Shown piece after piece: positions 12,511-25,014 of a DNA stretch of 64,000 nucleotides. This stretch comes from Octopus bimaculoides (taxonomy: Eukaryota). Each line of letters starts with the position of its first letter. The first letter of the stretch is position 1. The translations under genes and the position numbers were made by a program. A model generated the notes under the pieces. That model made no database searches and was not told the origin of the DNA. It was given only the letters and a program-made list of their open reading frames with translations. The DNA is taken from contig NC_068993.1 in assembly GCF_001194135.2 (NCBI RefSeq), forward strand, positions 48,870,288 to 48,934,287, given 5' to 3'.

Positions 12511-12837
12511 TCTCATTTCTTTATTGCCCACAAGGGGCTAAAGCATAGAGGGGACAAACAAGGACATACAAAGGGATAAGTCGATTAGATCGACCCCCAG
12601 TGCGTAACTGGTACTTAATTTATCGACCCCGAAAGGATGAAAGGTCAATTCGACCTCAGCGGAATTTGAACTCAGAACGTAACGGCAGACGAAATANNNN
12701 NNNNNNCTTAATTTATCGACTCCGAAAGGATGAAAGGCAAACTCGACCTCAGCGGAATTTGAACTCAGAACGTAACGGCAGACGAAATACCGCTAAGCAT
12801 TTCGCCCGGCGCGCTAATGATTCTGGCAGCTTGGCGT
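12510..12837 (-). mobile_element. Family B SINE, inverted relative to 11970-12204 (part of the body is duplicated across a 10-N gap)
   Basis: ttctcatttctttattgcccacaaggggcta...gtcgattagatcgaccccc...ccgctaagcatttcgcccggcgcgctaatgattctggcagc. Confidence 0.92.
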
Positions 12838-12879
12838 AGTAACAATTTTGCTTGTTCGCTGCCTCTTGGGGTTAAAAAA

Positions 12880-14800
12880 TGATGACAACAAGAATCACTA
12901 CAATCGCCATTGCTGTCATTGCAATCGTCATCATTACAATCACGATCACTCCGACCACCATAACCATCACAATCAGCATCAGCATCATCACAATCATAAT
13001 CGCCACTATCACCATAAGTATTACAATCACTATCATCATAACCAACATCATCATCATCATCACCGCCGCCACTTTTTTTCTTTCACTACAACCGCCATCA
13101 GAATTATCGCAAACAACACCTTCGCCACCATCACACCGCTACCGTCTCTGCCATCACCATCACCACCACCACCTCCTCTACTATCACCACTACCATCATA
13201 ACTACTACCGCTACCAAAACTCCACTATAGCCTCTACCACTAATAACCCCGCCTTCATTATTATGGTTGTGGTGTTTGTAGTTGTGATGCAACCACTTCT
13301 ACTACCACCAGCACCACAACCACCACAACTGTCACCACCAAACTACTATAGATGCCGGCAACACTAACACAACCACCGCAACCACCATCACCACAACTAC
13401 CACTGCAACTATCACCACAACCATTTCCTCTGCTACCGCCACAACAACCATCACACCATCGCTAAAACCAAATTCTCCACCATTACCACCAACCCAACAC
13501 CAGCACCACTACCACCGACACCACGACCATCACCACCACCACCATCACTGCCACCGCCTTCACCACCGCCGCCTTCCCCACCGCCGCCTTCACCACCACC
13601 GCCTTCACCACCACCACCACCACTACTACTGCTACTACTACTNNNNNNNNNNNNNNNNNNNNNNNNNNNNNNNNNNNNNNNNNNNNNNNNNNNNNNNNNN
13701 NNNNNNNNNNNNNNNNNNNNNNNNNNNNNNNNNNNNNNNNNNNNNNNNNNNNNNNNNNNNNNNNNNNNNNNNNNNNNNNNNACCACTAACCCACCATCAA
13801 CACCATTACCACCGCCACCACCAAACTACCACCAACACCGCCACCCCCGCACCACAATGACGACGAAAACCACGACTATGCCTACCACGACCACGACTAC
13901 CACCACCACCACCATCCCCATCAGCGGGGCCGCCCCCACCACCACCACCACAATCACTACCAAAATCCCTATCACCACCGCTATCACCACCACCACTACC
14001 ACCCCCTATAACCCATACCTTCCCTTCCGTTTATTACCATTTCTTTCATTGAACATCTGTCCACTGTTTGACTTACCAGAAAGAACTGGGGTTGGGGGGC
14101 TTGTGTAAAGGTTAAGTTTAGGGGTTAGTGGGTGTTTAGTTAGAGATAGATTTGGTTGCGGTGGGGGTCGGGCTGAAGGAATCCTTCATTATCTGCAGTT
14201 TACTTAATGAAGTTAAGTCCTTATATGTAGTTTTACCTAATTAACTGGGTCTCTGTCTCCAGCTTAGCATCAGCCAGGTCTTGGATTTTCTTCATCACCA
14301 CCACCACTACCATCACCACCACCACCATTATCACCACCGCCAATACCAACACCATCACCACCACCACCACCACCAATAACAACAAGACTACCATCGCCTC
14401 CACAACTATCATACCCCCCTCACTAACACCAACCCTACCACTACTATCAACTCTATCGTCTCCACCAACACCAACACTACCATCATAATCACCATTGTCA
14501 TCACCACTAACACCAAGACTGCCACCACTGTCGCCACCACCAATACTACCACCACCAATGCCACCATCACCAATATCACCACCATCATCACCGCCACTGC
14601 CACCGCCACCAACAACAACTACTACTGCAACAACAACAGCCACACTACCATCCCGCTACTACTACTAACCAGAACACCAAGAACACTACCACCAATACCA
14701 CTACTACCTTCACCACTATAACCACGTTAGTGATACTCACCATCCGTAATACCAACACCACTATCACCTTCACCATCTCTACCTCCATCACAACAATAGC
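12880..14800. repeat. Long degenerate (ACC/ATC/ACT)n trinucleotide low-complexity block
   Basis: Dense cac/cat/cta triplets. The ORFs here are poly-H/T/V/G low-complexity products. Confidence 0.9.
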
Positions 14801-15298
14801 TACCAATCGGCAGACATCAATACACAAAAGCATCAAATTCCTAAAGGAAAGTTATAAAGCCCCTAAGACAAACGCGCCTGTGGAGAACCCGTTTTCTATT
14901 TTGCATCGAACCTCTAACGAGAACATTCAAGCAGATCTGAGGGGGAGAAAAGGTAGCAGTGACATCGCTCTGACCAGGCATGTTACTGGTATCCAGAAAC
15001 ATAAAAACAATCATAGCAGCCGAACTCACATTGCTCTCGGAGAAGAAAATTGTCATATCTCACGTAATGAAGTAAGCTAAATACCAAGACTCGTTAGATG
15101 AAACTCTTGTCGAAGGATGTCAGTCCACTTCTTTTCCAGCAAGATCAGAACGCTATTTCCTGTAAAAGATTCGTCTGGAACTCAAACAGCCTTGGTAACT
15201 GAAACTAGTTGAAGCTGGTTTTGGTTCTGGTTGTCACGAGACTGCAGTTGGAACATTTTTGCTGGCGAAGGTTTATTCATTCCTCGTTGCTCCACTCA

Positions 15299-15374
15299 GG
15301 CGAAATGCACTGATTGATTGACGGGCGAAATGCACTGGTTGAAGTGCGAAATGCACTGGTTGAAGGGCGAAATG
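15299..15374. repeat. 21-bp minisatellite (GGCGAAATGCACTGGTTGAAG), ~3.5 units
   Basis: Units start at 15299 (variant), 15324, 15345 and 15366 (partial). Confidence 0.9.
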
Positions 15375-17290
15375 TTGATGACCCAGACATACCTGATAAA
15401 AGTACGGGAAGATTTCCAACAGAATGATAGCTGCAATCACCACGAGAACAAGAGCTTAACAATATCTTTAAGTAGCTTCTGCAATTTCCACATAGACAGG
15501 GGATGTTTTTATTCCTACATGGAGAGATGTTTTTATTTCTATTAGCCTGTGTTCAAATTAAAGTGCACATGAAAAAGAAAAAAAGAAAAAAACCACTGCC
15601 GCCTTCGTACTTCTATCAGGAAAAAGTATATTTTATGTCTTGAAGATATACAAGAAATAATTAGATAGCAGTTTAGGAATGTTACTGACATATCTATCTA
15701 GTAATCCACAAACATGTCGTATCTACTTATCTATCAATATGCATATATATATATATAGAGAGAGAGAGAGAGGGGGGAGATGAGCGTATATCCTTGTGTA
15801 TGTGTGTATGTATGTACGTGTCTATCAAATTGCGGATGAACAATAAGAGCAGTGCCATTAGAAAAACCTTTCAGATTGTTTACTTAGGATAATTACGGAT
15901 GACACGAGTACAGACTACGTCCACTGAACAAACAGATTTGCGGCTGAGATATTCAAACACAGTCCGTCTGTCGTTTAGTCTTTCTTTCCAGCCATCGTCT
16001 CCGTGTGTATATGTATATACTGTGTGTATACGTACGTGCGTTTGTGTATGTGTGTGTATATATGCATGTATGTATGTACGTATGTATGTATGTATGTACG
16101 TACGTATGTATGTATGTATGTATGCATATACGCATGTATGTACCTTTATATATATAAACGTANNNNNNNNNNTACGTGTACGTACATATGCAGATGCGCG
16201 CCTGCACACACACACTCAGACACTCATATATATATATATATATATACATACACACATATGCATACATATCATTCTATCCATATCATTACTCTATCATTTC
16301 ATTTGTTCCACTCTTTTCTCTCTCCCCTATCTCTCACCCCTCCTCCCACACATGGACACACACTCGTGGTCAGAATGTCGAGAAATAGCGCGGGGTAACA
16401 TGACTACAAACCAAAAAAATACACCCAATATGAGCGCCATCTCCGCCATCACCACCATCACCATCAATCCTACTAGTACTAACATCCCCCACCATCACCA
16501 CCACTCCACTATACTATATACAGCACTATAATATTTATGGCCATAATGGTTTGGCACAACGTAAAAGTGGTCTTTTAAGGGTCAGAAATTTAAATAGATC
16601 TTGTTCCCAGTTTTTAATTGTACGTCTATGAACGATGAAATATTTCTATACCTTTTATTTCTATTTTACCCGTTAGGATCCCTTTCATTTATATTGCCCT
16701 AACTCTTCGAAAAGCTTAGTTTTAGAATGGTGGCAGCTGATGAAGGAAATGTTCTCTATGTGGCCTGTGTGTTTTCTGTACTCTGTTTAATCATTTTGTC
16801 CACGTTTTTTGCAGCGTCCGGTACCCAGATATGCATCTATATATACATGTAGATGTAGGTATGTACATACATGTACGTATATATGCATATACTTATTTAT
16901 TATCTGTATTNNNNNNNNNNNNNNNNNNNNNNNNNNNNNNNNNNNNNNNNNNNNNNNNNNNNNNNNNNNNNNNNNNNNNNNNNNNNNNNNNNNNNNNNNN
17001 NNNNNNNNNNNNNNNNNNNNNNNNNNNNNNNNNNNNNNNNNNNNNNNNNNNNNNNNNNNNNNNNNNNNNNNNNNNNNNNNNNNNNNNNNNNNNNNNNNNN
17101 NNNNNNNNNNNNNNNNNNNNNNNNNNNNNNNNNNNNNNNNNNNNNNNNNNNNNNNNNNNNNNNNNNNNNNNNNNNNNNNNNNNNNNNNNNNNNNNNNNNN
17201 NNNNNNNNNNNNNNNNNNNNNNNNNNNNNNNNNNNNNNNNNNNNNNNNNNNNNNNNNNNNNNNNNNNNNNNNNNNNNNNNNNNNNNNNNN

Positions 17291-17939
17291 ACGGTTATTT
17301 TTTGTTAGGTGTATCATTCACAAAGTCCCGCGTGCCACACCAGTAACAGAATTCAAGGTAATTTTTCAGTAGGTGTGTCATTCACAAAGTCCGCGGGCCG
17401 CACCTGTATCTGAATTCAAGGGGATGTTTCGTTAGGTGTATCATTCAGAAAGTCCCGCGGGCCAGTCTAGTAAAAGAATTCAAGGTTATTTTTTTCATTT
17501 GGCGTGCCATTCAGTAAGTCTCGCGGGCCACACTACTCAAAGAATTCAAGATAATTTTTCGTTAGGCGCGTCATTCGGAAAGTCCACGTTCTTAAACACT
17601 TAACGAAAAATTGCCTTGAATGTTGAATGGTGCTGGGCCTTTGAACCTTTACATTGTCAAAGTAAAGGATTAATTCCAATGAAACCAAAAATGATTAAAC
17701 CTACTAAACCTATTCTATACCTACCCACATCCTTTTTGTGAACCACTATAAAACAGTCACATGACCTGAAGGGAGTACACCTAAATACATACACCTGATT
17801 ACAAAGAATTCCAGATAATTTTTCGTTAGGTGCGTCATTCAGAAAGTCCACGGGCCGCATTATTAGAAGAATTCAAGGTAATTTTTCGTTAAGTGTTTAA
17901 TTCAGAAAGTCCTGCGTGCCGCGGCTTGCTCGTGACTAG
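17291..17939 (+). mobile_element. Probable non-autonomous Helitron 3' portion with an internal ~62-bp tandem repeat
   Basis: Tandem units gaattcaaggtaatttttcgttaggtgtgtcattcagaaagtcccgcgggcc. The 3' terminus is a GC hairpin (17912-17924), an 11-nt spacer and CTAG (17936-17939) followed by T, which is the canonical Helitron end. Confidence 0.7.
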
Positions 17940-18052
17940 TCTATCCTTTGAGGTACTCAATACTTCATTTTGTAACAGTAAAGCTTGTTTAATCTTTTAA
18001 AATAAAGACAGGATACAAACATTCTTTTACGTACATACATACATACATATAA

Positions 18053-18129
<77 letters not shown>

Positions 18130-18424
18130 TGTGATGAGGAGAGCTCCTTAGAAAGAAATAAGGAGAATGAGAGGATGAGAGGCGAAGCTGATAGTGAGAT
18201 AAAGACTTAAAGAGCATCAGAATGGATGGTTTAATGGTTTCTACGTAGACTTCCTGTCACCATAAATGACTTTATGAGAGTAGAACATCAATTAATAAAA
18301 GATGAAAGGCTGAAAGGAGAAGGAATCTTCTCTTTGCTTGATAACGTGATTGTCAGTTTGTTAAATGTGAATCTTTGCCTTTAATGTTGTCATTGCTACG
18401 TCGATTTATACATATATATATAAG

Positions 18425-18520
18425 GGCGGCGAGCTGGCAGAAACGTTAGCACGCTGTGCGAAATGCTTGGCGGTATTTCGTTTGCCGTTGCGTTCTGAGT
18501 TCAAATGCTAACGAGTTCAA
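18425..18520 (+). mobile_element. Family B SINE, 5' head only
   Basis: ggcggcgagctggcagaaacgttagcacgctgtgcgaaatgcttggcggtatttcg...gttctgagttcaaat. Confidence 0.9.
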
Positions 18521-18606
18521 ATGCTGCCTCCCCCCCCCCATCTCTACCTCCGCCAATATATCATTAGTTCTTTATTTACGTCATTATCGTCAACATCATC
18601 ACTCTC

Positions 18607-18823
18607 TCTTTACTCTTTTACTTGTTTCAGTCATTTGACTGTGGCCATGCTGGAGCACCGCCTTTAGTCGAGCAAATCGACCCCACGACTTATTCCTTGT
18701 AAGCCTAGTACTTATTCTATCGGTCTCTTTTGCCAAAACGCTATGTTACGGGGACGTAAACACGCCAGCATCGGTTTCAAGCGACGTTGGAAGACAAACA
18801 CAGACACACAAATACACACACAA

Positions 18824-18878
<55 letters not shown>

Positions 18879-19173
18879 ATATATATATNNNNNNNNNNNN
18901 NNNNNNNNNNNNNNNNNNNNNNNNNNNNNNNNNNNNNNNNNNNNNNNNNNNNNNNNNNNNNNNNNNNNNNNNNNNNNNNNNNNNNNNNNNNNNNNNNNNN
19001 NNNNNNNNNNNNNNNNNNNNNNNNNNNNNATACGACGGGCTTCTTTCAGTTTCCGTCTACCAAATCTACTTACAAGGCTTTGGTCGGCCCGAGGCTAAGG
19101 TCCCACTGCGTGGCCCAAGGTGCCGTGACCATGTGATTCGTAAGCAAGCTATTTACCACACAGCCACTCCTAC
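18607..19173 (-). mobile_element. Family A SINE with a gap in its internal microsatellite and a deletion in the 5' half
   Basis: tactcttttacttgtttcagtcatttgactgtggccatgctggagcaccgcctttagtcgagc...tacgacgggcttctttcagtttccgtctacc...accacacagccactcctac. Confidence 0.92.
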
Positions 19174-19591
19174 CATTATTATTCTGAAGTTGTCATCATC
19201 AAATCCATGACCACCATTACTAACATCACCACCACCACTACCACTACAATCATCACCTTCATCATCGTCAATGTCGTTGTCGACATCATCATCATCGTCA
19301 TAATCGTCGTCGTCGTCGTGGCCATCATCATCAGCGTCATCATCCTCATCAACAACATCACCATTATTATGTTCAGCATCATAGGCACCACCATGATCTC
19401 CATGACCATTAACTCGAAATTCTTGAACCTACCACCATCACCTTACCAAGCCCCGCCCCTATCATCATCATCATTATCCTCATCAAATTTCATCACCATC
19501 AGTACTAACAATTGAATTTCTTTTTGGTCCAACCTCATAACCATCCTCTGAAAACAATTAACCAATTCTCTCCTGAAGATACACCAATAAC

Positions 19592-19666
<75 letters not shown>

Positions 19667-20784
19667 NNNNNNNNNNNNNNNNNNNNNNNNNNNNNNNNNN
19701 NNNNNNNNNNNNNNNNNNNNNNNNNNNNNNNNNNNNNNNNNNNNNNNNNNNNNNNNNNNNNNNNNNNNNNNNNNNNNNNNNNNNNNNNNNNNNNNNNNNN
19801 NNNNNNNNNNNNNNNNNNNNNNNNNNNNNNNNNNNNNNNNNNNNNNNNNNNNNNNNNNNNNNNNNNNNNNNNNNNNNNNNNNNNNNNNNNNNNNNNNNNN
19901 NNNNNNNNNNNNNNNNNNNNNNNNNNNNNNNNNNNNNNNNNNNNNNNNNNNNNNNNNNNNNNNNNNNNNNNNNNNNNNNNNNNNNNNNNNNNNNNNNNNN
20001 NNNNNNNNNNNNNNNNNNNNNNNNNNNNNNNNNNNNNNNNNNNNNNNNNNNNNNNNNNNNNNNNNNNNNNNNNNNNNNNNNNNNNNNNNNNNNNNNNNNN
20101 NNNNNNNNNNNNNNNNNNNNNNNNNNNNNNNNNNNNNNNNNNNNNNNNNNNNNNNNNNNNNNNNNNNNNNNNNNNNNNNNNNNNNNNNNNNNNNNNNNNN
20201 NNNNNNNNNNNNNNNNNNNNNNNNNNNNNNNNNNNNNNNNNNNNNNNNNNNNNNNNNNNNNNNNNNNNNNNNNNNNNNNNNNNNNNNNNNNNNNNNNNNN
20301 NNNNNNNNNNNNNNNNNNNNNNNNNNNNNNNNNNNNNNNNNNNNNNNNNNNNNNNNNNNNNNNNNNNNNNNNNNNNNNNNNNNNNNNNNNNNNNNNNNNN
20401 NNNNNNNNNNNNNNNNNNNNNNNNNNNNNNNNNNNNNNNNNNNNNNNNNNNNNNNNNNNNNNNNNNNNNNNNNNNNNNNNNNNNNNNNNNNNNNNNNNNN
20501 NNNNNNNNNNNNNNNNNNNNNNNNNNNNNNNNNNNNNNNNNNNNNNNNNNNNNNNNNNNNNNNNNNNNNNNNNNNNNNNNNNNNNNNNNNNNNNNNNNNN
20601 NNNNNNNNNNNNNNNNNNNNNNNNNNNNNNNNNNNNNNNNNNNNNACGGTATTCGTAGCAGCAAATGTAGAAGTTGATGATGATGATGATGATGATCGAG
20701 GAGGAGGAGGAGGAGGAGGAGGAGGAGGGAGGGGGAGAAGGAAACGGAGAAGAAGAAGAAGAAGAAGAAGAAGAAGAAGAAGAA

Positions 20785-20815
<31 letters not shown>

Positions 20816-21140
20816 TTGATGAGTAACTTGATGTTATTGCTCTTTTTATCCTTGTCCATCACCTAAAATAGTCTTGCCATTTCTCTGAGTAAAGCAGATG
20901 CGTTTATTAAGGCACGTGACACCTACGTCACCATATGTCCTTCTCCAACGCCACATCATAAAGTCACATCATAAAATCATCACATAATAATGTCACATCA
21001 TAACTACGTTTGTTAACAACGACCGCAAATATATTTTCACTCACTTTTCCTGGATATTTTCGCACCATCACCGATAATCGAACTTCCTCTAGTATCTGTT
21101 GGAGACTGGGAGAAAGGAGAAGCAAAAGACCCGGTTATTG

Positions 21141-21154
21141 ACAGACAGACAGAC

Positions 21155-21217
<63 letters not shown>

Positions 21218-21270
21218 CAGACAGATAGATAGATAGATAGATAGTTAGGTAGATAGTTAGATAGATAGAT
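21141..21270. repeat. (GATA)n/(GACA)n microsatellite (another (GATA)n at ~21970-22045)
   Basis: Read directly from the sequence. Confidence 0.95.
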
Positions 21271-21969
21271 ATACAAACAGCAGGTTAATTTAGGGAAATT
21301 TCGAGATCTTTCATCTATTGATAAAATCCACTCCATGTGGAATTTTAACATATTAGAATATAACTGGTGGATATTGCCCTGAGATTCTTCACGCTGTCTT
21401 GGCTATTTATCATTGGACACATACACTTCGTTTATACTTCCAATGCAGTGAAGGTTTAACTAATCGCTATTTAAATCAATCACAATCCACAATTAGCTGT
21501 AATAATGAGACGTATCTGCATACCGTTTGTTTCTCTGTTTACGAAGAGAATATATGCTATTAGTACTTTTTTTGAAATTATACTGTGAAATAGCTTAAAA
21601 TTAGTTATTTAACAAAATTAGATACCTGTGCATGTGTAGTCATGTGTGTGTTTGTGCATCTTCGCGTGCACGTATGTGTGTAGAATGTATAAGCTTATTA
21701 ATATATATGTGTTATACATATTGTATGCATATATATTTATATTTATGTGTATATGTATATGAATGTAAATACGTGCTTGTCAATTGTAAATCCCATATAT
21801 GCGTGTGATTGTTTGTGTGTGTGTCTTGTGTGTGTTAGCAGGAGTAAGAAGCAGGAGATAGAGCGAGAACTGAGTAATACGTAACTTGACATGTAGTTAT
21901 CTCGCTATCTATTCATTTAAAGCTCACGTTCATTTTAAAGATGTAAGGAGGTGCTTACAACTAAGCACG

Positions 21970-22046
<77 letters not shown>

Positions 22047-22558
22047 GGAAATAAGAAATGTAGGGAAAGGGCATGTAAGTAATGAAGGAAGCTTGGCAAG
22101 TAAAATAAATTAACGAAAGCAAAAATGGCAGCCATCTTGATCGATTTGTAGACAGATGGCGCTTGCCCCAGGCGGAAATGAATATTTAATATATTTTCAC
22201 TCTTTATACGTATGTATGTGTGATTGACGGCATATTTGTCATAAGTATGTGCATGTGCAAACGGGTGCATAACTAAGGCTGTGCATGTGTGTGCATCGCT
22301 TCATTGTCTTTTGACTTTTCTAGTGAAGGAGAAGGAAAGGAGAGTCGGTAGAATTTGATTTCTTTAAAATAAATTTACTTCTTATGTAAATATTAATGCT
22401 TCGCAATGACGCATGAAAGATTTTTCAATGCAAGCTGGGAAAATAACTCTTACCATACATCACATATGTATAAATATACAGATACATAAATATATAGCAT
22501 ACATATATACATACAATTATTCGTACATGCACCTATATACACATATACATACAGGTGC

Positions 22559-22614
<56 letters not shown>

Positions 22615-22991
22615 NNNNNNNNNNNNNNNNNNNNNNNNNNNNNNNNNNNNNNNNNNNNNNNNNNNNNNNNTAGAATTTGATTTCTTTAAAATAAATTTAC
22701 TTCTTATGTAAATATTAATGCTTCGCAATGACGCATGAAAGATTTTTCAATGCAAGCTGGGAAAATAACTCTTACCATACATCACATATGTATAAATATA
22801 CAGATACATAAATATATAGCATACATATATACATACATATCTACACATTCATACACACGAAGATAAGTAGAAACAAATGAATTTCATTGTGTAATAGTAT
22901 TATTGTGTCAACTACTTTTCAGTTTCCTCTCTCTTTCTCCCCTCCTACCCTCCCGTCTCTCTCTCTGCATATGAATATATATACCTATATA

Positions 22992-23049
<58 letters not shown>

Positions 23050-23544
23050 ATATTCGCATCACATATGCATGGAAATACAGCAGTATGTGCATTACATTTA
23101 TAGAGTGTTTGATAAATGTATAGATAAAAACAGATAAAGGACACACACTCGTACACACACACATACACACACATATATACGAGCGCACACACAAAAATAT
23201 TAAAAGATATATATTTATATATGAACATATAAATACACACACGCACACAAACATACAAATATTGTACTGTGTCGAACACTTACGCGAGAAATGTCCAATA
23301 AGTACTATAGAGTATTCGGTTTATTCAATTTTCATGTTGAGTTGCCGACTTGAGTTTCACACCACTTCGATCTACAAGCGAGAACTTTCCTACAAAATGC
23401 AAGGAAGACGCTCGGAACGTTACACCTGCTCGTTTTTCTATCTTAAACTTTCTTAAGCGTCATCCTAACACATCCACTGCCTACATCTTCTAAACTTTTG
23501 TTTTTATTTTTGATTTGCCTGATATAAATATATACACACATACA

Positions 23545-23607
<63 letters not shown>

Positions 23608-23659
23608 GCATAGACAAATACACACAAACTCACACACAGACACGCAAACACTCACATAT

Positions 23660-23885
23660 AATGTTTACACAAGCCCAAGAACGTACCAAGTGGCGGTGGT
23701 TTTCACCAACATTGGAAGCAAAATTTTCGAAGCCACCAAAAGAGAAATGGAAGAAATCAAACGACAGGATAGAAAGGCTCGACAGAATCAACCTCGTTCT
23801 CTCCCAACATTGCCATGCAGCGAATGCCATCGACTCTTCTATGTAAGAATTGGCCTACAGAGCCATCAACGGTATCACTATAAAG
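23660..23885 (+). pseudogene. 3' end of an RTE-clade LINE ORF2 with its C-terminal C2H2-like motif
   Basis: AQERTKWR followed, after a frameshift, by FEATKREMEEIKRQDRKARQ...PCSECHRLFYVRIGLQSHQRYH. This matches the typical RTE C-terminus (CxxC...RIGLxSHxRxH). Confidence 0.85.
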
Positions 23886-24072
23886 GAAGCGTTCAGCAAA
23901 GAAAAAGATAAATTCTCGATACGAAATAAAACAGACGACGATGATAAACACATATGCACACAAACAGACACACACATATATGTGTGTATGTATGTATGTA
24001 TGTATGTATGTATGTATGTATGTATGTATAAAGAGGCACACACACAAACTATTGTACGCACAGAAATATATA

Positions 24073-24288
24073 CGAGAATATGCTGAAAAGTTCCTGGCTT
24101 TGGGTAAAAGAAAATACACGAGGATCAGTTAATTACGATTTTATTCAATATATTCCCCTTTCAGATTCACACAGATATTGCAGTGATCCTTCAGTTTTTT
24201 AAGCCCTGTAAAAGAACTGGGAAAGTTGGGCCTCCAGGCAGGCCTTTCGCGATACCCCTAAAGCCAAGAACTTTTCAGCAACACCTCG
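24073..24288. mobile_element. 216-bp mariner-derived MITE
   Basis: TIRs TA|CGAGAATATGCTGAAAAGTTCCTGGCTTT and AAAGCCAAGAACTTTTCAGCAACACCTCG|TA. TA at 24071-24072 and 24289-24290. Confidence 0.88.
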
Positions 24289-24326
24289 TAAGAGTGCACA
24301 GGTATTCACACTGACATCTACATGCA

Positions 24327-24369
<43 letters not shown>

Positions 24370-24977
24370 TTGTCAACCAAGTGTGGTGTCCTATGCAGGA
24401 CAGTGCTACTGACGTTTATAGCCCCAGGAAGACATCTCTTCCAGCTGGCTAACGGACACACATTCTGTGTCCGATTAGTATTTGTTTGCGAGGGGAAATC
24501 TCTGCTTCCATGTCTAACCTTACGTGATACACACGGACTCGAGTAAATGGATGGTTACCCGTCCTCAGCGTGTGTTAATCACAAGCTAGTGATGAAAACT
24601 CATTTCACATTGCAAAATACTGTATGCATTTATCAGCGACAAACTGTCGCTGATCTCGAAAAAGGAGAAATAAGCTATGTGTGTGTCTGTATGTATATAT
24701 ACATATGCGTTTGGTTTCATGTCGTAGTCTTTATATCAGAGAAAAAAACGCTATACAGATTGCATAACACTATCAAACTATGGCCAAACTGCAATTCTAT
24801 GCTGTTCATATTCATTCTTTCACATATTACATTTTTCATTTATACAAAAGGATATATTATACATATATATACAGTTTTTAACCGTATTGGTTCATTCTAT
24901 TATTCCTATATTCATCCTTTTTTGCATACCTCTTATTTCAGTTCAGTTACTCAGCGGTTTGTATATATAGTATGTAC

Positions 24978-25014
<37 letters not shown>

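Noticed and set aside
12615-12790. Apparent internal duplication in the SINE, and similar duplications across gaps at ~4428/4468, ~27506/27685, ~30335/30737 and ~41550/41585
   Set aside because: In each case the repeated text flanks an N-gap, the signature of unmerged overlapping contig ends.
16730-16800. CTGATGA motif suggesting a hammerhead ribozyme or Penelope end (also GAAACTGATGA at ~47096)
   Set aside because: No correctly placed GAAA with stems I-III could be built around either site.
17291-17930. Regularly spaced repeats considered as CRISPR-like
   Set aside because: The units are contiguous diverged tandem copies with no unique spacers, in a eukaryotic context with no cas genes.
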